Below, piece by piece: positions 49,230 to 62,037 of a stretch of DNA of 64,000 nucleotides (position 1 is the first letter of the stretch; each line of letters starts with the position of its first letter). The translations under genes and the position numbers were made by a program. The notes below the pieces were generated by a model that was not told the DNA's origin, did no database searches, and worked only from the letters and a program-made list of their open reading frames with translations. This DNA is from Trueperaceae bacterium (GTDB lineage: Bacteria; Deinococcota; Deinococci; Deinococcales; Trueperaceae): positions 224,001 to 288,000 of the forward strand of contig OZ243956.1 of the NCBI GenBank assembly GCA_965214405.1, written 5' to 3'.

Positions 49230-49415
49230 TTACCAGCTCGACTTGGTCACGCCGGGCAAGTAGCCTTTGTGCGCCATTTCCCTCATGCAGATGCGGCAGA
49301 GGTCGAACATACGCAAGTAGCCGCGCGTGCGTCCGCAGCGGTGGCAGCGGTTTACGCCGCGGGTTGAAAACTTGGGCGTTCTCTTGGCTTTGGCAATATG
49401 TGCTTTGGTAGCCAT
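49230..49415 (-). CDS. rpsN: 30S ribosomal protein S14 (zinc-binding type)
   Basis: 61 aa, Cxx[13 protein letters not shown]. Confidence 0.97.
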   Translation of the reverse strand: MATKAHIAKAKRTPKFSTRGVNRCHRCGRTRGYLRMFDLCRICMREMAHKGYLPGVTKSSW

Positions 49416-49480
49416 GTGGCTCCTTTCTTAAAGTTTGTGTTCAAAGCTTTTATAGCTTACATAGGTACAGAAGTCGGTTT

Positions 49481-49561
49481 AGCGCAGAAAGCATCTTGTA
49501 ATCTACGTCCCGGACGTTGACCCCTAGCCAGAGTCTCTCAAACCAGATGCTACCTGCAACA
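49481..49561. mobile_element. Second copy of the MITE-like element
   Basis: AGCGCAG..CATCT..CTACGTCC...TCTCAAACCAGATG.TACCTGC.ACA shared with 37992-38073. Confidence 0.6.
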
Positions 49562-49563
49562 GT

Positions 49564-50115
49564 TTACTTCCTAAACGGCATCCCCAGAAACTCCAAAAGA
49601 CTTCTTGCCTCTTCGTCCGTTTCAGCGGTGGTGACGATCGAAATGTCCATCCCGCGAACCGCGTCGATCTGGTCGTACGAGAGTTCGGGAAAGACGAGCT
49701 GTTCGCGTAAACCTAAGCTGTAGTTGCCGCGACCGTCGAACGCGCTCGAGGATACCCCCCGAAAGTCGCGCACGCGGGGCAGCGCCACGCCAATGAGCTT
49801 GTCCAGAAAGGCCCACATCCGCTCGCCGCGCAACGTGACTTTAAGACCGATGGGCATTCCCGCACGTACCTTGAAGTTCGACACCGACTTTTTGGCGCGC
49901 GTGACCACGGGGCGTTGCAGCGCGAGTTGGCTGAGGTCCCTCGAGGCCTTCTCCAAAACTTTGGAGTCTTCCCGAGCCTCACCGACGCCCATGTTGATGA
50001 CCACTTTTTCGATGCGCGGCACCGCCATGATGTTGTCATAGCCGTGGCGCTCTTGGAGCGCAGGGCGCGCTTCGTCCTGATACTTTTGTTTGAGACCTAT
50101 GCTGACGCCTTCCAT
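49564..50115 (-). CDS. rplE: 50S ribosomal protein L5
   Basis: [25 protein letters not shown]. Confidence 0.98.
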   Translation of the reverse strand: MEGVSIGLKQKYQDEARPALQERHGYDNIMAVPRIEKVVINMGVGEAREDSKVLEKASRDLSQLALQRPVVTRAKKSVSNFKVRAGMPIGLKVTLRGERMWAFLDKLIGVALPRVRDFRGVSSSAFDGRGNYSLGLREQLVFPELSYDQIDAVRGMDISIVTTAETDEEARSLLEFLGMPFRK

Positions 50116-50137
50116 CTCTCTCCTTACTTTCTAATGG

Positions 50138-50476
50138 TTACCGGTCTAAGCGCGCGCCGCTTTTGACGCTCACGCGCACCCGCTCGCCGTCCACCACCCG
50201 GGTGCCGACGCGCGACGGTTCGCCCGTCTTGGGGTCTAAAATGCGCACGTTGCTCACGTGGATGGGCGCTTCGCGCTCGCTAAAGCCGCCGCGCGGGTTG
50301 TCTTGGGTGGGGCGCTGCGCTTTTCTGATGACGTTGACGTTTTCGATGACCACGCGGTTTTTTACGGGCATGACCTCGAGGATGCGGCCCTCGAGCCCCT
50401 TGTGCTTGCCCGAGGTCACGCGCACGCGGTCGCCGCGCTTGAGTTTGCTTTTTGTCCTAGCAGGTTTGGTCGCCAT
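50138..50476 (-). CDS. rplX: 50S ribosomal protein L24
   Basis: KOW motif GDRVRVTSGK, EAPIHVSNV. Confidence 0.97.
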   Translation of the reverse strand: MATKPARTKSKLKRGDRVRVTSGKHKGLEGRILEVMPVKNRVVIENVNVIRKAQRPTQDNPRGGFSEREAPIHVSNVRILDPKTGEPSRVGTRVVDGERVRVSVKSGARLDR

Positions 50477-50844
50477 TACAGCACCTCCGGCGCGAGCGAG
50501 ACGATGCGCATAAAGCGCCGGTCGCGCAGTTCACGCGCCACGGGACCAAAGACGCGGGTGCCGCGCGGCTCGTTTTGTAAGTTGATGATGACCGCCGCGT
50601 TCGTGTCAAAGCGAATCGAAGAGCCGTCGGCGCGGTTGATCTCTTTTTTGGTCCGCACCACGACCGCCCGGACGACGTCGCCCTTTTTGACCCCGGCGCG
50701 CGGGATCGCGTCCTTGACCGCCGCGACGATCACGTCGCCGACGCCGCCTACATATTGTGAACCGGTCCCCAACACGCGAATGCACTGAATGAGCCTCGCG
50801 CCAGAGTTGTCGGCCACCTCGAGATACGTTTCTTGTTGAACCAT
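50476..50844 (-). CDS. rplN: 50S ribosomal protein L14
   Basis: [19 protein letters not shown]. Confidence 0.98.
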   Translation of the reverse strand: MVQQETYLEVADNSGARLIQCIRVLGTGSQYVGGVGDVIVAAVKDAIPRAGVKKGDVVRAVVVRTKKEINRADGSSIRFDTNAAVIINLQNEPRGTRVFGPVARELRDRRFMRIVSLAPEVL

Positions 50845-50912
50845 GATAGTGGATAGTGGTTAGTGCTCAGTGGTTAGTTTCTCTAATCACTCGTCACTCA
50901 TCACTCGCTCCC

Positions 50913-51158
50913 TCACCCCCTCGCTTTTTCTACTAAACGTGTGACGGTAAAACGCTTGCGTTTGCTGATGGGGCGGCTCGAGGTGATTTCTACAAGGTCG
51001 CCCTCACCGTATTCGTTGGTTTCGTCGTGGGCCAGGTACTTTTTGCTGACCGCCACGACTTTGCCGTAGAGCGGGTGCTTAAAGCGGCGCTCGACGCTGA
51101 CCGTCACGGTCTTGTCGGCCTTGTTGCTCGTGACCCGGCCTTGTAAAGACTTCTTCAT
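50913..51158 (-). CDS. rpsQ: 30S ribosomal protein S17
   Basis: KHPLYGK, AHDE, RPISKRK. Confidence 0.97.
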   Translation of the reverse strand: MKKSLQGRVTSNKADKTVTVSVERRFKHPLYGKVVAVSKKYLAHDETNEYGEGDLVEITSSRPISKRKRFTVTRLVEKARG

Positions 51159-51484
51159 GCGCCTCCTCGGTCGCGCGGGTTGATAATCCTTCTGATCGCG
51201 CTTCCTCTCGTACGTTCTGCGCTCTGGTTGGCGCTCTGGCTAGCGTTTTGGTTGGCGTTTCGGTTGATGTTCCCGTTGGCACTTTGGCTGGCATTTTGGC
51301 GGGCGCTTTCGTTGGCAACGGTGAGCAAGCGGGCGATTTCGCGCTTCGCGGTGCGGATGCGCTTGGGATTGTTCGCCTGACCTACCGACGCCTGAAAGCG
51401 GAGGTCTAGGAGTTCCTCGCGGCGCTTGTTGACTTCCGCGACGATTTCGTCCGGGCTCAACTTACGGGCCTCACTGGGCTTCAT
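51155..51484 (-). CDS. rpmC: 50S ribosomal protein L29 with an N/Q/S/A-rich C-terminal extension
   Basis: [23 protein letters not shown] followed by a repetitive tail. Confidence 0.93.
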   Translation of the reverse strand: MKPSEARKLSPDEIVAEVNKRREELLDLRFQASVGQANNPKRIRTAKREIARLLTVANESARQNASQSANGNINRNANQNASQSANQSAERTRGSAIRRIINPRDRGGA

Positions 51485-51896
51485 CGTAAACCTCTCGTCT
51501 CACCATCTTGGTCTTGATGGGCAGCTTGTGACCCGCGAGCCTGAAAGCTTCTTTGGCCTGCTCTTCGGTCACGTTGGCGACTTCGAAGATGACGCGGCCC
51601 GGCTTGACCACCGCAACCCAGTATTCTACCGCGCCCTTGCCCTTACCCATTCGGGTTTCCGCCGGTTTTTTGGTGACCGGCTTGTCGGGGAAGATGCGGA
51701 TGTAGATTTTACCCCCGCGGCGGAAAAAACGGCTCATGGTGATGCGGCAGGCTTCGATCTGGTTCGACTTGATCCAGGCGGGTTCCATCGCGACCAAGCC
51801 AAAATCTCCAAAGGCCAAGTAGTCTCCGCCCTTGGTATCGCCGGTCATGCGCCCGCGCATCTGCTTACGGTATTTGACGCGTTTGGGTAGAAGCAT
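51471..51896 (-). CDS. rplP: 50S ribosomal protein L16
   Basis: [18 protein letters not shown]. Confidence 0.98.
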   Translation of the reverse strand: MLLPKRVKYRKQMRGRMTGDTKGGDYLAFGDFGLVAMEPAWIKSNQIEACRITMSRFFRRGGKIYIRIFPDKPVTKKPAETRMGKGKGAVEYWVAVVKPGRVIFEVANVTEEQAKEAFRLAGHKLPIKTKMVRREVYDEAQ

Positions 51897-52735
51897 TATT
51901 TGGTCCCTCTGTCACGGGGCGGGCGCGCTCTGGGCGGTCGGTCGCTCGAGCCCCCACGGTCTCCCCCACGGTCATTACGGTCGCCCCCACGGTCACCAGG
52001 TCCACCCCGTTCGTTCGGACGGCGGCGGCCCTGCGGGCGACGGCGGCGGCCTTTTTTATCCTCTTCTTGGCGCGGGCGCGGGATGATGGCGGCGCGGCGC
52101 TGCTTGTCGCCCACGATTTCACCGTGAAACACCCACGCCTTGACGCCGACAATGCCGTAGCTCGTTTTGGCCTCGGCGGTGCCGTAGTCGATGTCGGCGC
52201 GGAGCGTCTGTAGGGGCACGCGGCCGTCCGAGTACCACTCGGGGCGCGCTTGTTCAATGCCGCCCAGGCGGCCCGAGCAGCGAATTTTAATGCCCTTGGC
52301 CCCCGACTCCATCGTGCGCTGCACGGCCTGCTTCATCGCGCGGCGAAAGGCGAAGCGGCGCTCTAACTGCTCCGCAATTCTCTGGGCGATTAAAGGACCG
52401 TTGGTGTTCGCGTTGGGCACTTCTTGCACGTTGACCGCGATGGTGCCGTCCACAACGCCCTCGAGCTTGCCCCTAAGCGCCTTGATGGACTCGCCGCCGC
52501 GCCCGATGACCACACCGGGCTTGGCCGTATGAATAATGATGTTGATGTTGTGCGCCGCCCGCTCGATGTCGATGCGCGCGACCCCGCTGTGCCCCACGTC
52601 CGCCATCACGGCCCTGCGGATGGCTTCGTCTTCGGTAAGAAGTTTCGAATAGTTTTTTGGGCTCGCGTACCATTTGGCCGAGGGCTCTTTGTTGACCCCC
52701 AAGCGAAAGCCCACCGGATTGATTTTATTACCCAT
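51896..52735 (-). CDS. rpsC: 30S ribosomal protein S3
   Basis: [29 protein letters not shown]-rich tail. Confidence 0.98.
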   Translation of the reverse strand: MGNKINPVGFRLGVNKEPSAKWYASPKNYSKLLTEDEAIRRAVMADVGHSGVARIDIERAAHNINIIIHTAKPGVVIGRGGESIKALRGKLEGVVDGTIAVNVQEVPNANTNGPLIAQRIAEQLERRFAFRRAMKQAVQRTMESGAKGIKIRCSGRLGGIEQARPEWYSDGRVPLQTLRADIDYGTAEAKTSYGIVGVKAWVFHGEIVGDKQRRAAIIPRPRQEEDKKGRRRRPQGRRRPNERGGPGDRGGDRNDRGGDRGGSSDRPPRARPPRDRGTK

Positions 52736-53068
52736 TTATCTCTCTCCCAGCACGATGGTGATGTGGCTCGTGCGCTTGCGCATGAGGTCGGCCCGGCCCC
52801 GCGCCCGCGGCAGGTAGCGCTTGAGGGTGGGTCCTTCGTTCACCATAATTTGGGACACGTAGAGGTCGTCTTCAAACATGTCGTGGTTGTTGACCGCGTT
52901 CGCCTTGGCGCTCCGCAAGAGTTTGAGCATCGGCTCAGCCGATCCCTTAGGCGTAAACTGCAAGATGCTCTCGGCCTCCGCCACGTTCTTGCCGCGGATA
53001 AGGTCGGCGACGAGCCGCGTTTTGCGCGGGGTGGTGCGGAGCATGGTGAGGTGCGCTTTGGCTTCCAT
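52736..53068 (-). CDS. rplV: 50S ribosomal protein L22
   Basis: PRKTRLVADLIRGK, PRARGRA. Confidence 0.98.
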   Translation of the reverse strand: MEAKAHLTMLRTTPRKTRLVADLIRGKNVAEAESILQFTPKGSAEPMLKLLRSAKANAVNNHDMFEDDLYVSQIMVNEGPTLKRYLPRARGRADLMRKRTSHITIVLGER

Positions 53069-53340
53069 TAGCGCTCCTTCCGGGTGCCGCTGTGACCGCG
53101 AAAGGTGCGCGTCGGCGAGAACTCGCCCAACTTGTGACCGACCATGTTCTCTTGGACAAAGACGGGCACGTGCTGTTTGCCGTTGTAGACCCCAAAGGTG
53201 TGACCCACCATTTCGGGCACGATGGTCGAGCGGCGGCTCCAGGTGCGAATCACCTTGCGGTCACCCGAGTCGTTGGCGGCGTCCACCTTGTCGAGCAGGT
53301 GGTCGTCGATAAAGGGGCCTTTTTTCATGCTGCGGGGCAC
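53068..53340 (-). CDS. rpsS: 30S ribosomal protein S19
   Basis: [15 protein letters not shown]. Confidence 0.98.
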   Translation of the reverse strand: MPRSMKKGPFIDDHLLDKVDAANDSGDRKVIRTWSRRSTIVPEMVGHTFGVYNGKQHVPVFVQENMVGHKLGEFSPTRTFRGHSGTRKER

Positions 53341-54176
53341 TATTGACTTCCTTTCCGGCGGCGCACGATAAAGCGGCTGCTCACCTTGCGTTTATTGCGT
53401 GTTTTTAAGCCCTTGGCCTTTTGGCCCCAGGGGCTCACGGGCGGGCGTCCGCTCGTCGAGCGGCCTTCACCGCCGCCGTGGGGGTGGTCGACGGGGTTCA
53501 TGGCGCGACCGCGTTGGTGCGGCTTGCGGCCCATCCAGCGCGTGCGGCCCGCCTTGCCCATCACGATGTTTTTGTGCTCGGCGTTGCCCACCGTGCCCAT
53601 CGTGGCGTAGCACTCGCCGTGGACGCGGCGCAGTTCGCCCGAGGGCAAGCGCAAGGTCACGTAGACGTCGTCGCGGCCCTGGATTTGGATGCTGGTACCC
53701 GCGCTGCGCGCAATCTGCGCGCCCTTGCCGGGCACGAGTTCAACGTTGTGGACGACCGAACCCACCGGGACGAAGCGGAGCGGCAAGGCGTTGCCGACGA
53801 CCGGCTCGGCCTCGGGACCGGCCACGATTTGGCTGCCGACCTCGAGCTTTTCCGGCGCCAAAATATAACGCTTCTCGCCGTCTAGGTAGTGCAAGAGCGC
53901 GATGTTGGCGCTCCGGTTGGGGTCATACTCGACCCCCGCGACTTTGGCGGGCACACCCTCTTTGTCGCGGCGCGTAAAGTCAATCCGGCGGTAACGGCGC
54001 TTGTGACCGCCGCCCCGAAAGCGTGAAGTGATGCGCCCGCGGTTGTTCCGGCCACCCGTCTTCTTGGCGGGCTCTAGCAAAGACTTTTCGGGCTCCGCCT
54101 TGGTGACCTCCCCAAAATCCGAGGTGGTCATAAAGCGGCGGGAGGGCGTATAGGGACGATATTTCTTGGTAGGCAT
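53340..54176 (-). CDS. rplB: 50S ribosomal protein L2
   Basis: [21 protein letters not shown]. Confidence 0.99.
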   Translation of the reverse strand: MPTKKYRPYTPSRRFMTTSDFGEVTKAEPEKSLLEPAKKTGGRNNRGRITSRFRGGGHKRRYRRIDFTRRDKEGVPAKVAGVEYDPNRSANIALLHYLDGEKRYILAPEKLEVGSQIVAGPEAEPVVGNALPLRFVPVGSVVHNVELVPGKGAQIARSAGTSIQIQGRDDVYVTLRLPSGELRRVHGECYATMGTVGNAEHKNIVMGKAGRTRWMGRKPHQRGRAMNPVDHPHGGGEGRSTSGRPPVSPWGQKAKGLKTRNKRKVSSRFIVRRRKGSQ

Positions 54177-54186
54177 AAACCCCTCC

Positions 54187-54474
54187 TTAGGTGAGGCCCT
54201 CGAGCTGCTGGATGCGCTGGCCCTCGCGCAGGGTCACGATGACTTTTTTGCGCGCGGGCCGAAAGCCGCGGTAGCGGCCCATCGACTTCTCTTTACCGCG
54301 TACGTTCAAAAGGTTGATTTTCATGACATCTACATTGAACACCCGCTCGACCGCGTCTTTGACCTGCGTGCGGTTGGCTTTGGGGTGAACGTAAAAGGCG
54401 TACTTGCTCTCTTCAATGATGCCGAGCGCTTTTTCGCTCAGCACGGGACCGAGGATGATGTCGTGCGCGTTCAT
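54187..54474 (-). CDS. rplW: 50S ribosomal protein L23
   Basis: PVLSEKA, KKVIVTL; position in S10 operon. Confidence 0.96.
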   Translation of the reverse strand: MNAHDIILGPVLSEKALGIIEESKYAFYVHPKANRTQVKDAVERVFNVDVMKINLLNVRGKEKSMGRYRGFRPARKKVIVTLREGQRIQQLEGLT

Positions 54475-55115
54475 GCGGTCACCTCGTCAGCGCCGCCGTT
54501 CGTCCCAATCTCCGCACTAAGCTCCGCGAAGAGGTCCGCGTCGGCGATCAGGTGGTCATAGCGCAAGATGTCGTAGACGTTGAGCCCCGCCCGCGGCAGC
54601 ACGCCCACCCAGGGAAGGTTGCGCGCGGCGCGGCGGGTCATTTCGTCGTCGGTCACGAGTAAAACGCGCTCGCCACCATTAAAGCCGTTGTCTTTGGCCC
54701 AGGCGACAAACTCTTTCGTCTTGCCGCCGATGTCAAAAGACTCGACCAGCGTCAGCTTGCCGTCGTTCGCCCTCGCGGCGAGCGCCATGTGCAGGCCTAA
54801 GCGGCGCACCTTTTTGGGCAGGCTGTATGAGTAGTCGCGCGGGTGGGGACCAAAGGCGGTACCGCCGCCCACGAAGATGGGCGCTTTACGGTCGCCGTGG
54901 CGCGCGCGACCCGTGCCTTTTTGCGGGTAGATTTTGGCGGTCGAGCCGCTCATGGTGCCCCGCGTCTTGGTCGAGGCGGTGCCCTGGCGGCGCTTGGCGC
55001 GTTGCCACTGCACGACCTCGTGGAGCACGGTTTCTTTGGGCTCGGGCAGCTCGAGCGTCACTTTACGCTCGCTCCCGATAATGTTCAGAGTGACTGGCGT
55101 CCGCGTAACGGCCAT
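54471..55115 (-). CDS. rplD: 50S ribosomal protein L4
   Basis: [18 protein letters not shown]. Confidence 0.98.
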   Translation of the reverse strand: MAVTRTPVTLNIIGSERKVTLELPEPKETVLHEVVQWQRAKRRQGTASTKTRGTMSGSTAKIYPQKGTGRARHGDRKAPIFVGGGTAFGPHPRDYSYSLPKKVRRLGLHMALAARANDGKLTLVESFDIGGKTKEFVAWAKDNGFNGGERVLLVTDDEMTRRAARNLPWVGVLPRAGLNVYDILRYDHLIADADLFAELSAEIGTNGGADEVTA

Positions 55116-55735
55116 CAGCTCACCTTCCTTTTCGAATCCTTGACGACGACCGTGCCGCCGTTGGGGCCGGGCACCGCGCCCTTGATGAGCAGCAGATTGT
55201 CGTCGGCGCGGACCTCTAAGAGTTCTAGGCCAACCGTCGTGACGCGTTCTGCGCCGTACTGTCCGGCCATGCGCTTGCCCTTGTAAACCCGTCCAGGCGA
55301 CTTGCGCTGACCAATCGAACCGGGGTGGCGGTGCTTTTTCTTGACCCCGTGCGAGGCGCTCATGCCGCTAAAGTTCCAGCGCTTCATCACGCCCGTGGTG
55401 CCGCGGCCTTTGCTCGTGCCCGTCACATCGACCTTTTGGCCGGGCTCAAAAATCCCGACCGTGACCGCGTCCTCTTCGGGCGCGTAGTCGCGGAATTCGC
55501 TCAAAAAACGCTGGACGGGCGCGCCCGCGCGTTTGGCGTGACCGCGCTCGGGCTTATTGGTCGCCTTGTCGCGCTTGTCCATCCAGCCGAGTTGGACCGC
55601 GCTGTAGCCGTCCGTCTGCGGCGTTTTGCGCTGCACCACCGGGCAAGGCCCCGCCAGCACGACGGTCACTGGAATCAGCCGGTCGCCCTGCCAGACCTGG
55701 GTCATGCCCACTTTCGTTCCTAAAATGCCCTTCAC
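55115..55735 (-). CDS. rplC: 50S ribosomal protein L3
   Basis: [23 protein letters not shown]. Confidence 0.98.
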   Translation of the reverse strand: MKGILGTKVGMTQVWQGDRLIPVTVVLAGPCPVVQRKTPQTDGYSAVQLGWMDKRDKATNKPERGHAKRAGAPVQRFLSEFRDYAPEEDAVTVGIFEPGQKVDVTGTSKGRGTTGVMKRWNFSGMSASHGVKKKHRHPGSIGQRKSPGRVYKGKRMAGQYGAERVTTVGLELLEVRADDNLLLIKGAVPGPNGGTVVVKDSKRKVS

Positions 55736-55737
55736 GT

Positions 55738-56061
55738 TTACCGGCCTCCAACCGTCTTGATTTCGATATCGACGCCCGTGGGGAGGTCTAAGTGCATGAG
55801 CGAGTCGATGGTGCTTTTGGTGGGCGCTTTGATGTCAATCAGGCGGTTGTGCGTCCTGATCTCAAAATGCTCGCGCGAGTCCTTGTTAACAAAAGGGCTC
55901 CTGAGCACGCAGAAGCGGCGGATGCGCGTCGGCAAGGGCACAGGACCGGCAACTTTCGCGCCCGTCCGGCGCACCGTGTCGACAATCTTGGTCGCCGACG
56001 AGTCGAGCGAGCGGTGATCAAAGGCTCGCAGTTTGATACGGATAAGCGGTGCGGAGGGCAT
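55738..56061 (-). CDS. rpsJ: 30S ribosomal protein S10
   Basis: [17 protein letters not shown]. Confidence 0.98.
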   Translation of the reverse strand: MPSAPLIRIKLRAFDHRSLDSSATKIVDTVRRTGAKVAGPVPLPTRIRRFCVLRSPFVNKDSREHFEIRTHNRLIDIKAPTKSTIDSLMHLDLPTGVDIEIKTVGGR

Positions 56062-56062
56062 A

Positions 56063-57280
<1,218 letters not shown>

Positions 57281-57438
57281 TGCTGTGTCTCCTCTTGCTG
57301 GTGTTACTTAGATGTGTGCTGCTTAGCATGTCTTGGTTAGTGTACTGGCTATTTTATTCAGCCCTTTTGGATGTTCAGGCAGAGAAACGAGGACCGCGTC
57401 CGTACATCAACATCGGCGGTCCTCGCCTCCGTAACGAC

Positions 57439-59508
57439 TTACTTCTTGACCAGGTCGTCCTGAATGCTCTTGGGAACTTGCGCGTAGTGGTCCAAAAACA
57501 TGGTAAAGGTGGCGCGGCCCTGCGAGAGGCTGCGGAGGTCGGTCGCGTAGCCGAACATTTCCGACAGGGGCACGTGGGCGTTGATAACTTGCGCGTTGCC
57601 CCTGGGCTGCATCCCCTGAATCTGACCGCGGCGGGAGTTGAGGTTGCCGATCACGTCGCCCATGTACTGCTCGGGCGTCACGACTTCGACGCGCATGACG
57701 GGCTCCAAAATCGCCGCCGCTCCCTTGTTCATCACCTCGCGGATCGCCATCGAAGCGGCGATCTTAAAGGCCATTTCGGACGAGTCCACCTCGTGATACG
57801 AACCGTCATATAGAGACACCTTCATGTCCACGATGGGGAAGCCCAGCAGCGGGCCGTTTTGCAGGGCCTCTTCGACGCCCTTTTGGACCGCCGGGATAAA
57901 TTCTCTGGGAATCGAGCCGCCGATGATGGCGTTTTCAAACTCGAAGCCCTCGCCACGACCTCTCGGCTCGGCCTTGATGCGCACGTCGCCGTACTGGCCG
58001 CGACCGCCCGACTGGCGCACGAACTTGCCCTGCACGTCGGCAGGTCTGGTGATGGTCTCGCGGTAGGCCACCTGCGGCGCGCCCACCTGCGCGTTCACGT
58101 TGAATTCGCGTTTGAGGCGGTCAACGATGATTTCTAAGTGAAGCTCGCCCATGCCCGAAATCGTGGTTTGGCCCGTTTCGGAGTCCGTTTTTACGCGGAA
58201 AGTGGGGTCCTCTTCGGCCAACTTGACCATGCCGCTCGAGAGCTTGTCCTGGTCCGCCTTGGAGGCGGGTTCAATTGCCACAGTGATAACGGGTTCGGGG
58301 AACTCGATGGCCTCAAGCTCAATGGGGTGGTCCGGGTCGGCCAACGTGTCGCCCGTGCCCGTGTCCTTGAGCCCGATGACCGCGCCTAAGTCGCCCGCGC
58401 CAATGCGGTCGACCTCTTCGCGGTTGTTCGAGTGCATCTTGAGGAGACGCCCGACGCGCTCTTTTCTGCCTTTCGAGACGTTTTGCACGTAGGAACCGGC
58501 CTCGAGCACGCCCGAGTAAACCCGCACGAACGTCAAACGGCCCACGTAAGGGTCGGTCATAATCTTGAACGCCAACGCCGAGGTCGGCGCGTCTTCGTCG
58601 GCAGAACGCGTGTCTTCGGTTCCGTCGGGCAGCACGCCGCGGATAGCGGGCACGTCCAGAGGGCTCGGCAGGTAGAGCGCGACTGCGTCCAGAAGACGCT
58701 GCACGCCCTTATTCTTCAAGGCCGAACCGCAGAGCACCGGGAAGTGCTCCAAGGACACCGCGCCCTTGCGGATGGCCGCGTGAATCATTTCGTTGGGGAC
58801 GTCCTCGCCCTCGAGGTAGAGCATCGCAATATCGTCAGAAATATCCGCGAGCTTTTCGATCATCAGCGCGCGCTTTTCCTGCGCGACGTCCTCATATTCC
58901 GCCGGAACGTCCGTGACCTCAATGTCTTGGCCCATATCATCTAGGTACGTGTAGGCCTTCATCTCGACCAAGTCGATAAGCCCTTTGAAGTTCTCCTCGC
59001 GCCCCATCGGCCACTGGATCGGCACGGCGTTGGCGGCTAGGCGCTCCTCCATCGAGTCCAAAACGAGCTGAAAGTCCGCGCCCGTTTTGTCCATCTTGTT
59101 GGCAAACGCGAGCCTCGGCACCTTGTACTTGTCGGCCTGACGCCAGACGGTTTCCGATTGCGGCTCGACGCCCTGCGAGCCGTCGAACACGGCCACCGCC
59201 GCGTCGAGCACGCGCATGGAGCGTTCGACTTCCATCGTGAAGTCCACGTGGCCGGGCGTGTCGATGATGTTGATGCGGGTGTCGCCCCAGGTCGCGGTCG
59301 TTACCGCCGAGGTAATGGTGATGCCCCGCTCGCGCTCCTGGTCCATCCAGTCCATCGTGGCCGCGCCCTCGTGGACCTCGCCCGTTTTGTGAATGCGCCC
59401 GGTGTAAAACAAGATGCGCTCGGTCAGCGTGGTTTTGCCCGCGTCGATGTGCGCGGCAATCCCAATGTTGCGGGTTTTATGAAGATCAATGGTTGTGTTC
59501 GTTGCCAT
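57439..59508 (-). CDS. fusA: Elongation factor G
   Basis: [24 protein letters not shown]. Confidence 0.99.
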   Translation of the reverse strand: MATNTTIDLHKTRNIGIAAHIDAGKTTLTERILFYTGRIHKTGEVHEGAATMDWMDQERERGITITSAVTTATWGDTRINIIDTPGHVDFTMEVERSMRVLDAAVAVFDGSQGVEPQSETVWRQADKYKVPRLAFANKMDKTGADFQLVLDSMEERLAANAVPIQWPMGREENFKGLIDLVEMKAYTYLDDMGQDIEVTDVPAEYEDVAQEKRALMIEKLADISDDIAMLYLEGEDVPNEMIHAAIRKGAVSLEHFPVLCGSALKNKGVQRLLDAVALYLPSPLDVPAIRGVLPDGTEDTRSADEDAPTSALAFKIMTDPYVGRLTFVRVYSGVLEAGSYVQNVSKGRKERVGRLLKMHSNNREEVDRIGAGDLGAVIGLKDTGTGDTLADPDHPIELEAIEFPEPVITVAIEPASKADQDKLSSGMVKLAEEDPTFRVKTDSETGQTTISGMGELHLEIIVDRLKREFNVNAQVGAPQVAYRETITRPADVQGKFVRQSGGRGQYGDVRIKAEPRGRGEGFEFENAIIGGSIPREFIPAVQKGVEEALQNGPLLGFPIVDMKVSLYDGSYHEVDSSEMAFKIAASMAIREVMNKGAAAILEPVMRVEVVTPEQYMGDVIGNLNSRRGQIQGMQPRGNAQVINAHVPLSEMFGYATDLRSLSQGRATFTMFLDHYAQVPKSIQDDLVKK

Positions 59509-59556
59509 AAGCGAAGAAGAGCCAAGAAGCGTTCCTTGTTCCTTCTTCCTCCTTTC

Positions 59557-60027
59557 TTACCAGCGGTAATGCGCGTACGCGCGGTTGGCCTCGGCCATCC
59601 GCTCGACGTCGTCTTTTTTCTTGACCGCGCCCCCGCGACCCGCGGCGGCGTCTAACATCTCGCCCGCCACGCGCTCAACCGCGGTGCGCTCTGGGCGCGC
59701 GTCGGACGCGGCGGCCAACCAACGGAGCGCGAGCGACTGCGCGCGGCGCGCGTTCACCTCGACGGGCACCTGATAGGTCGCCCCGCCGACGCGGCGGCTC
59801 TTGACTTCGATTTTGGGTCTCACGTTGTCCAAGCCCTGACGAAACACCTTGAGCGGCTCTTGACCGCTGCGCTCTTGCACCAAACGGCACGCGCCGTAAA
59901 AGATGCGGCTCGAGAGGTTTTTCTTGCCGTCGCGCATAATCTTGTTCACAAACGCCGTCACGGTCGTGTCGCTGTAGACCAGATCGGGCTCTAGCGGGCG
60001 GACTTCGGCTCTTCTTCTACGTCCCAT
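59557..60027 (-). CDS. rpsG: 30S ribosomal protein S7
   Basis: SRRVGGATYQVP, MAEANRAYAHYRW. Confidence 0.98.
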   Translation of the reverse strand: MGRRRRAEVRPLEPDLVYSDTTVTAFVNKIMRDGKKNLSSRIFYGACRLVQERSGQEPLKVFRQGLDNVRPKIEVKSRRVGGATYQVPVEVNARRAQSLALRWLAAASDARPERTAVERVAGEMLDAAAGRGGAVKKKDDVERMAEANRAYAHYRW

Positions 60028-60036
60028 TCACTCCAC

Positions 60037-60426
60037 CTACTTCTTTGGCTTTTTCGAGCCGTATTTGCTGCGGCCCTGATTACGTTGCACGTAGCGGCCT
60101 ACTCCCACACCCTGAGAGTCAAGCGCGCCGCGGATAATGTGGTAGCGCACCCCCGGCAGGTCTTTCACGCGCCCCCCGCGAATGAGCACCACCGAGTGCT
60201 CTTGCAAATTGTGCTTTTCGCCCGGAATGTACGCGGTCACTTCAAACCCCGACGACAAACGCACACGGGCGATTTTACGAAGCGCCGAGTTCGGCTTTTT
60301 GGGCGTTTGCGTCTTGACGACGGTGCAGACGCCGCGGCGCTGCGGGCTGCCCTTGAGCGCCGGTGTTTTATTCTTTTTCTTGAGCGTCTTGCGCCCGTTT
60401 CGTAAAAGCTGGTTCACGGTTGGCAG
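60037..60426 (-). CDS. rpsL: 30S ribosomal protein S12 (probable CTG start)
   Basis: [28 protein letters not shown]. Confidence 0.97.
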   Translation of the reverse strand: MPTVNQLLRNGRKTLKKKNKTPALKGSPQRRGVCTVVKTQTPKKPNSALRKIARVRLSSGFEVTAYIPGEKHNLQEHSVVLIRGGRVKDLPGVRYHIIRGALDSQGVGVGRYVQRNQGRSKYGSKKPKK

Positions 60427-60914
60427 AACGATCACTCCTCTTTCTTTTTTCGTCCGCTACGGGCACGCCAGAGCGGTCAAGAGCACGTGGGTTTATCAGC
60501 ACCCGGTTGAGCAAGGCTTGTGGGATGGAGCAGAAGCCGAGGTGACTAATGTTTACTACTTATTTATCGCGCCTCGGCCCATCTGCCAAAGCACACGACA
60601 AAATCGCCTCCAGGCTCATCGCTGCGAGCCAGGAGGAACCAAACTTGGCTAGTATAAGCGCTCCGTGTGAAATAAATCAAGTCACGACGGACGAAAATGG
60701 GGCGAAAGGGAGGATGTCAAATGAGGGCGGGCTGGGTTGATGGGCTACGCAAATAGGTAGAGATTTCTACCACTCTTAACCGTAGCGTTCCGCCCCAGCA
60801 GTTTCAGCTTAGCGGTGTGTCCTCCTCGAGCCCACCTCTCTATCTTCTCTTCAAAGGGTTAAAGGGCAGTTACCTCGCATCGCACGGATGAGAAACGCGC
60901 GCCCTCGAGCCCTC

Positions 60915-61901
60915 TCACGGCAGCGCCGACGCCTGAGCGGCGATAATCTTGTCCATCAACCCGTCAAGCTCCTCGTCAACCTTTTGGCGAGCCCCGTCGG
61001 CGTCGAACCAGGCCATGATTTCCTCCGCGCCACGGGCAAAGGGAATCGTGGCGACGTAGTCCGGCACCACCCGCTTGATTTTGCCGTTGTCAAACACCAT
61101 GCTGTGCGCCTTGTCACCGAGGAGCCCCGCACCCCACTTGGGGCTGTGCGCGGCTATCATCTCTGAAGGAACGTGGACAATTTGCGCCTCCGTGCCCGCC
61201 GCCCGCGCCACCGTCTCGAAAATCTGGTTCCAGCTCAGAAGCTCGTCCGAGGTGATGTGAAACGCGTTGCCAATGGCGTGAGGATTACCCAAAAGCCCCA
61301 CAAAACCCTTGGCAAAATCGCGGTGATGCGTGAGCACCCACAGCGAGGTGCCGTCGCCGTGGACGATGACCTTTTTGCCCTTACGCATCCGGTTGACGAC
61401 CGTATAGCCGCCGTCCATCGGCAGCAGCGTCCGGTCGTAGGTGTGCGAGGGCCGGACGATGGTGACGGGAAAACCCTCGTCGCGGTAGGCCCGCGTCAGG
61501 CGCTCTTCGCAGGCAATTTTGTCCCTCGAGTATTGCCAATAGGGATTAGACAGCGGCGTAGATTCGAGGATAGGCAAGGAAGCAGGCGGGGTCTGGTAAG
61601 CGGACGCCGAGGAGATGAACACGTACTGCTGCGTCCTGTTTCTAAACAGCTCGAGGTCGGTCTCGACATGTTCAGGCGTAAACGCGACCCAATTTACCAC
61701 CGCATCAAAACTCAAGTCTCCCAAAGCCTCCGCCGCCGACGCGGGGTCGCGGACGTCGCCGCGGAGGACGTGCGCGCGTTCTGGCACGGGCCTCGAGCTT
61801 TGCCCCCGGTTGAGCAGGTACAGTTCCAGACCCCGCTCGACCGCCAACTGCGAACAGGCCGAACTAATGATGCCGCTACCGCCGATAAACAAGACCTTCA
61901 T
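60915..61901 (-). CDS. NAD-dependent epimerase/dehydratase family protein
   Basis: GGSGIIS Rossmann motif, FISSAS, YxxxK (YSRDK). Confidence 0.88.
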   Translation of the reverse strand: MKVLFIGGSGIISSACSQLAVERGLELYLLNRGQSSRPVPERAHVLRGDVRDPASAAEALGDLSFDAVVNWVAFTPEHVETDLELFRNRTQQYVFISSASAYQTPPASLPILESTPLSNPYWQYSRDKIACEERLTRAYRDEGFPVTIVRPSHTYDRTLLPMDGGYTVVNRMRKGKKVIVHGDGTSLWVLTHHRDFAKGFVGLLGNPHAIGNAFHITSDELLSWNQIFETVARAAGTEAQIVHVPSEMIAAHSPKWGAGLLGDKAHSMVFDNGKIKRVVPDYVATIPFARGAEEIMAWFDADGARQKVDEELDGLMDKIIAAQASALP

Positions 61902-62037
61902 CGCTGGACCTCTTTGTAGGTAAAGTCAGACATAAGAACCCCCGTTGATTACAAGCAGATGCTACGTTAACTGTGGAACCACAACTCTGTCACCAAAACA
62001 CTGAAGCTGCCCAGACTACACGCACTCTAGGCCTGGT

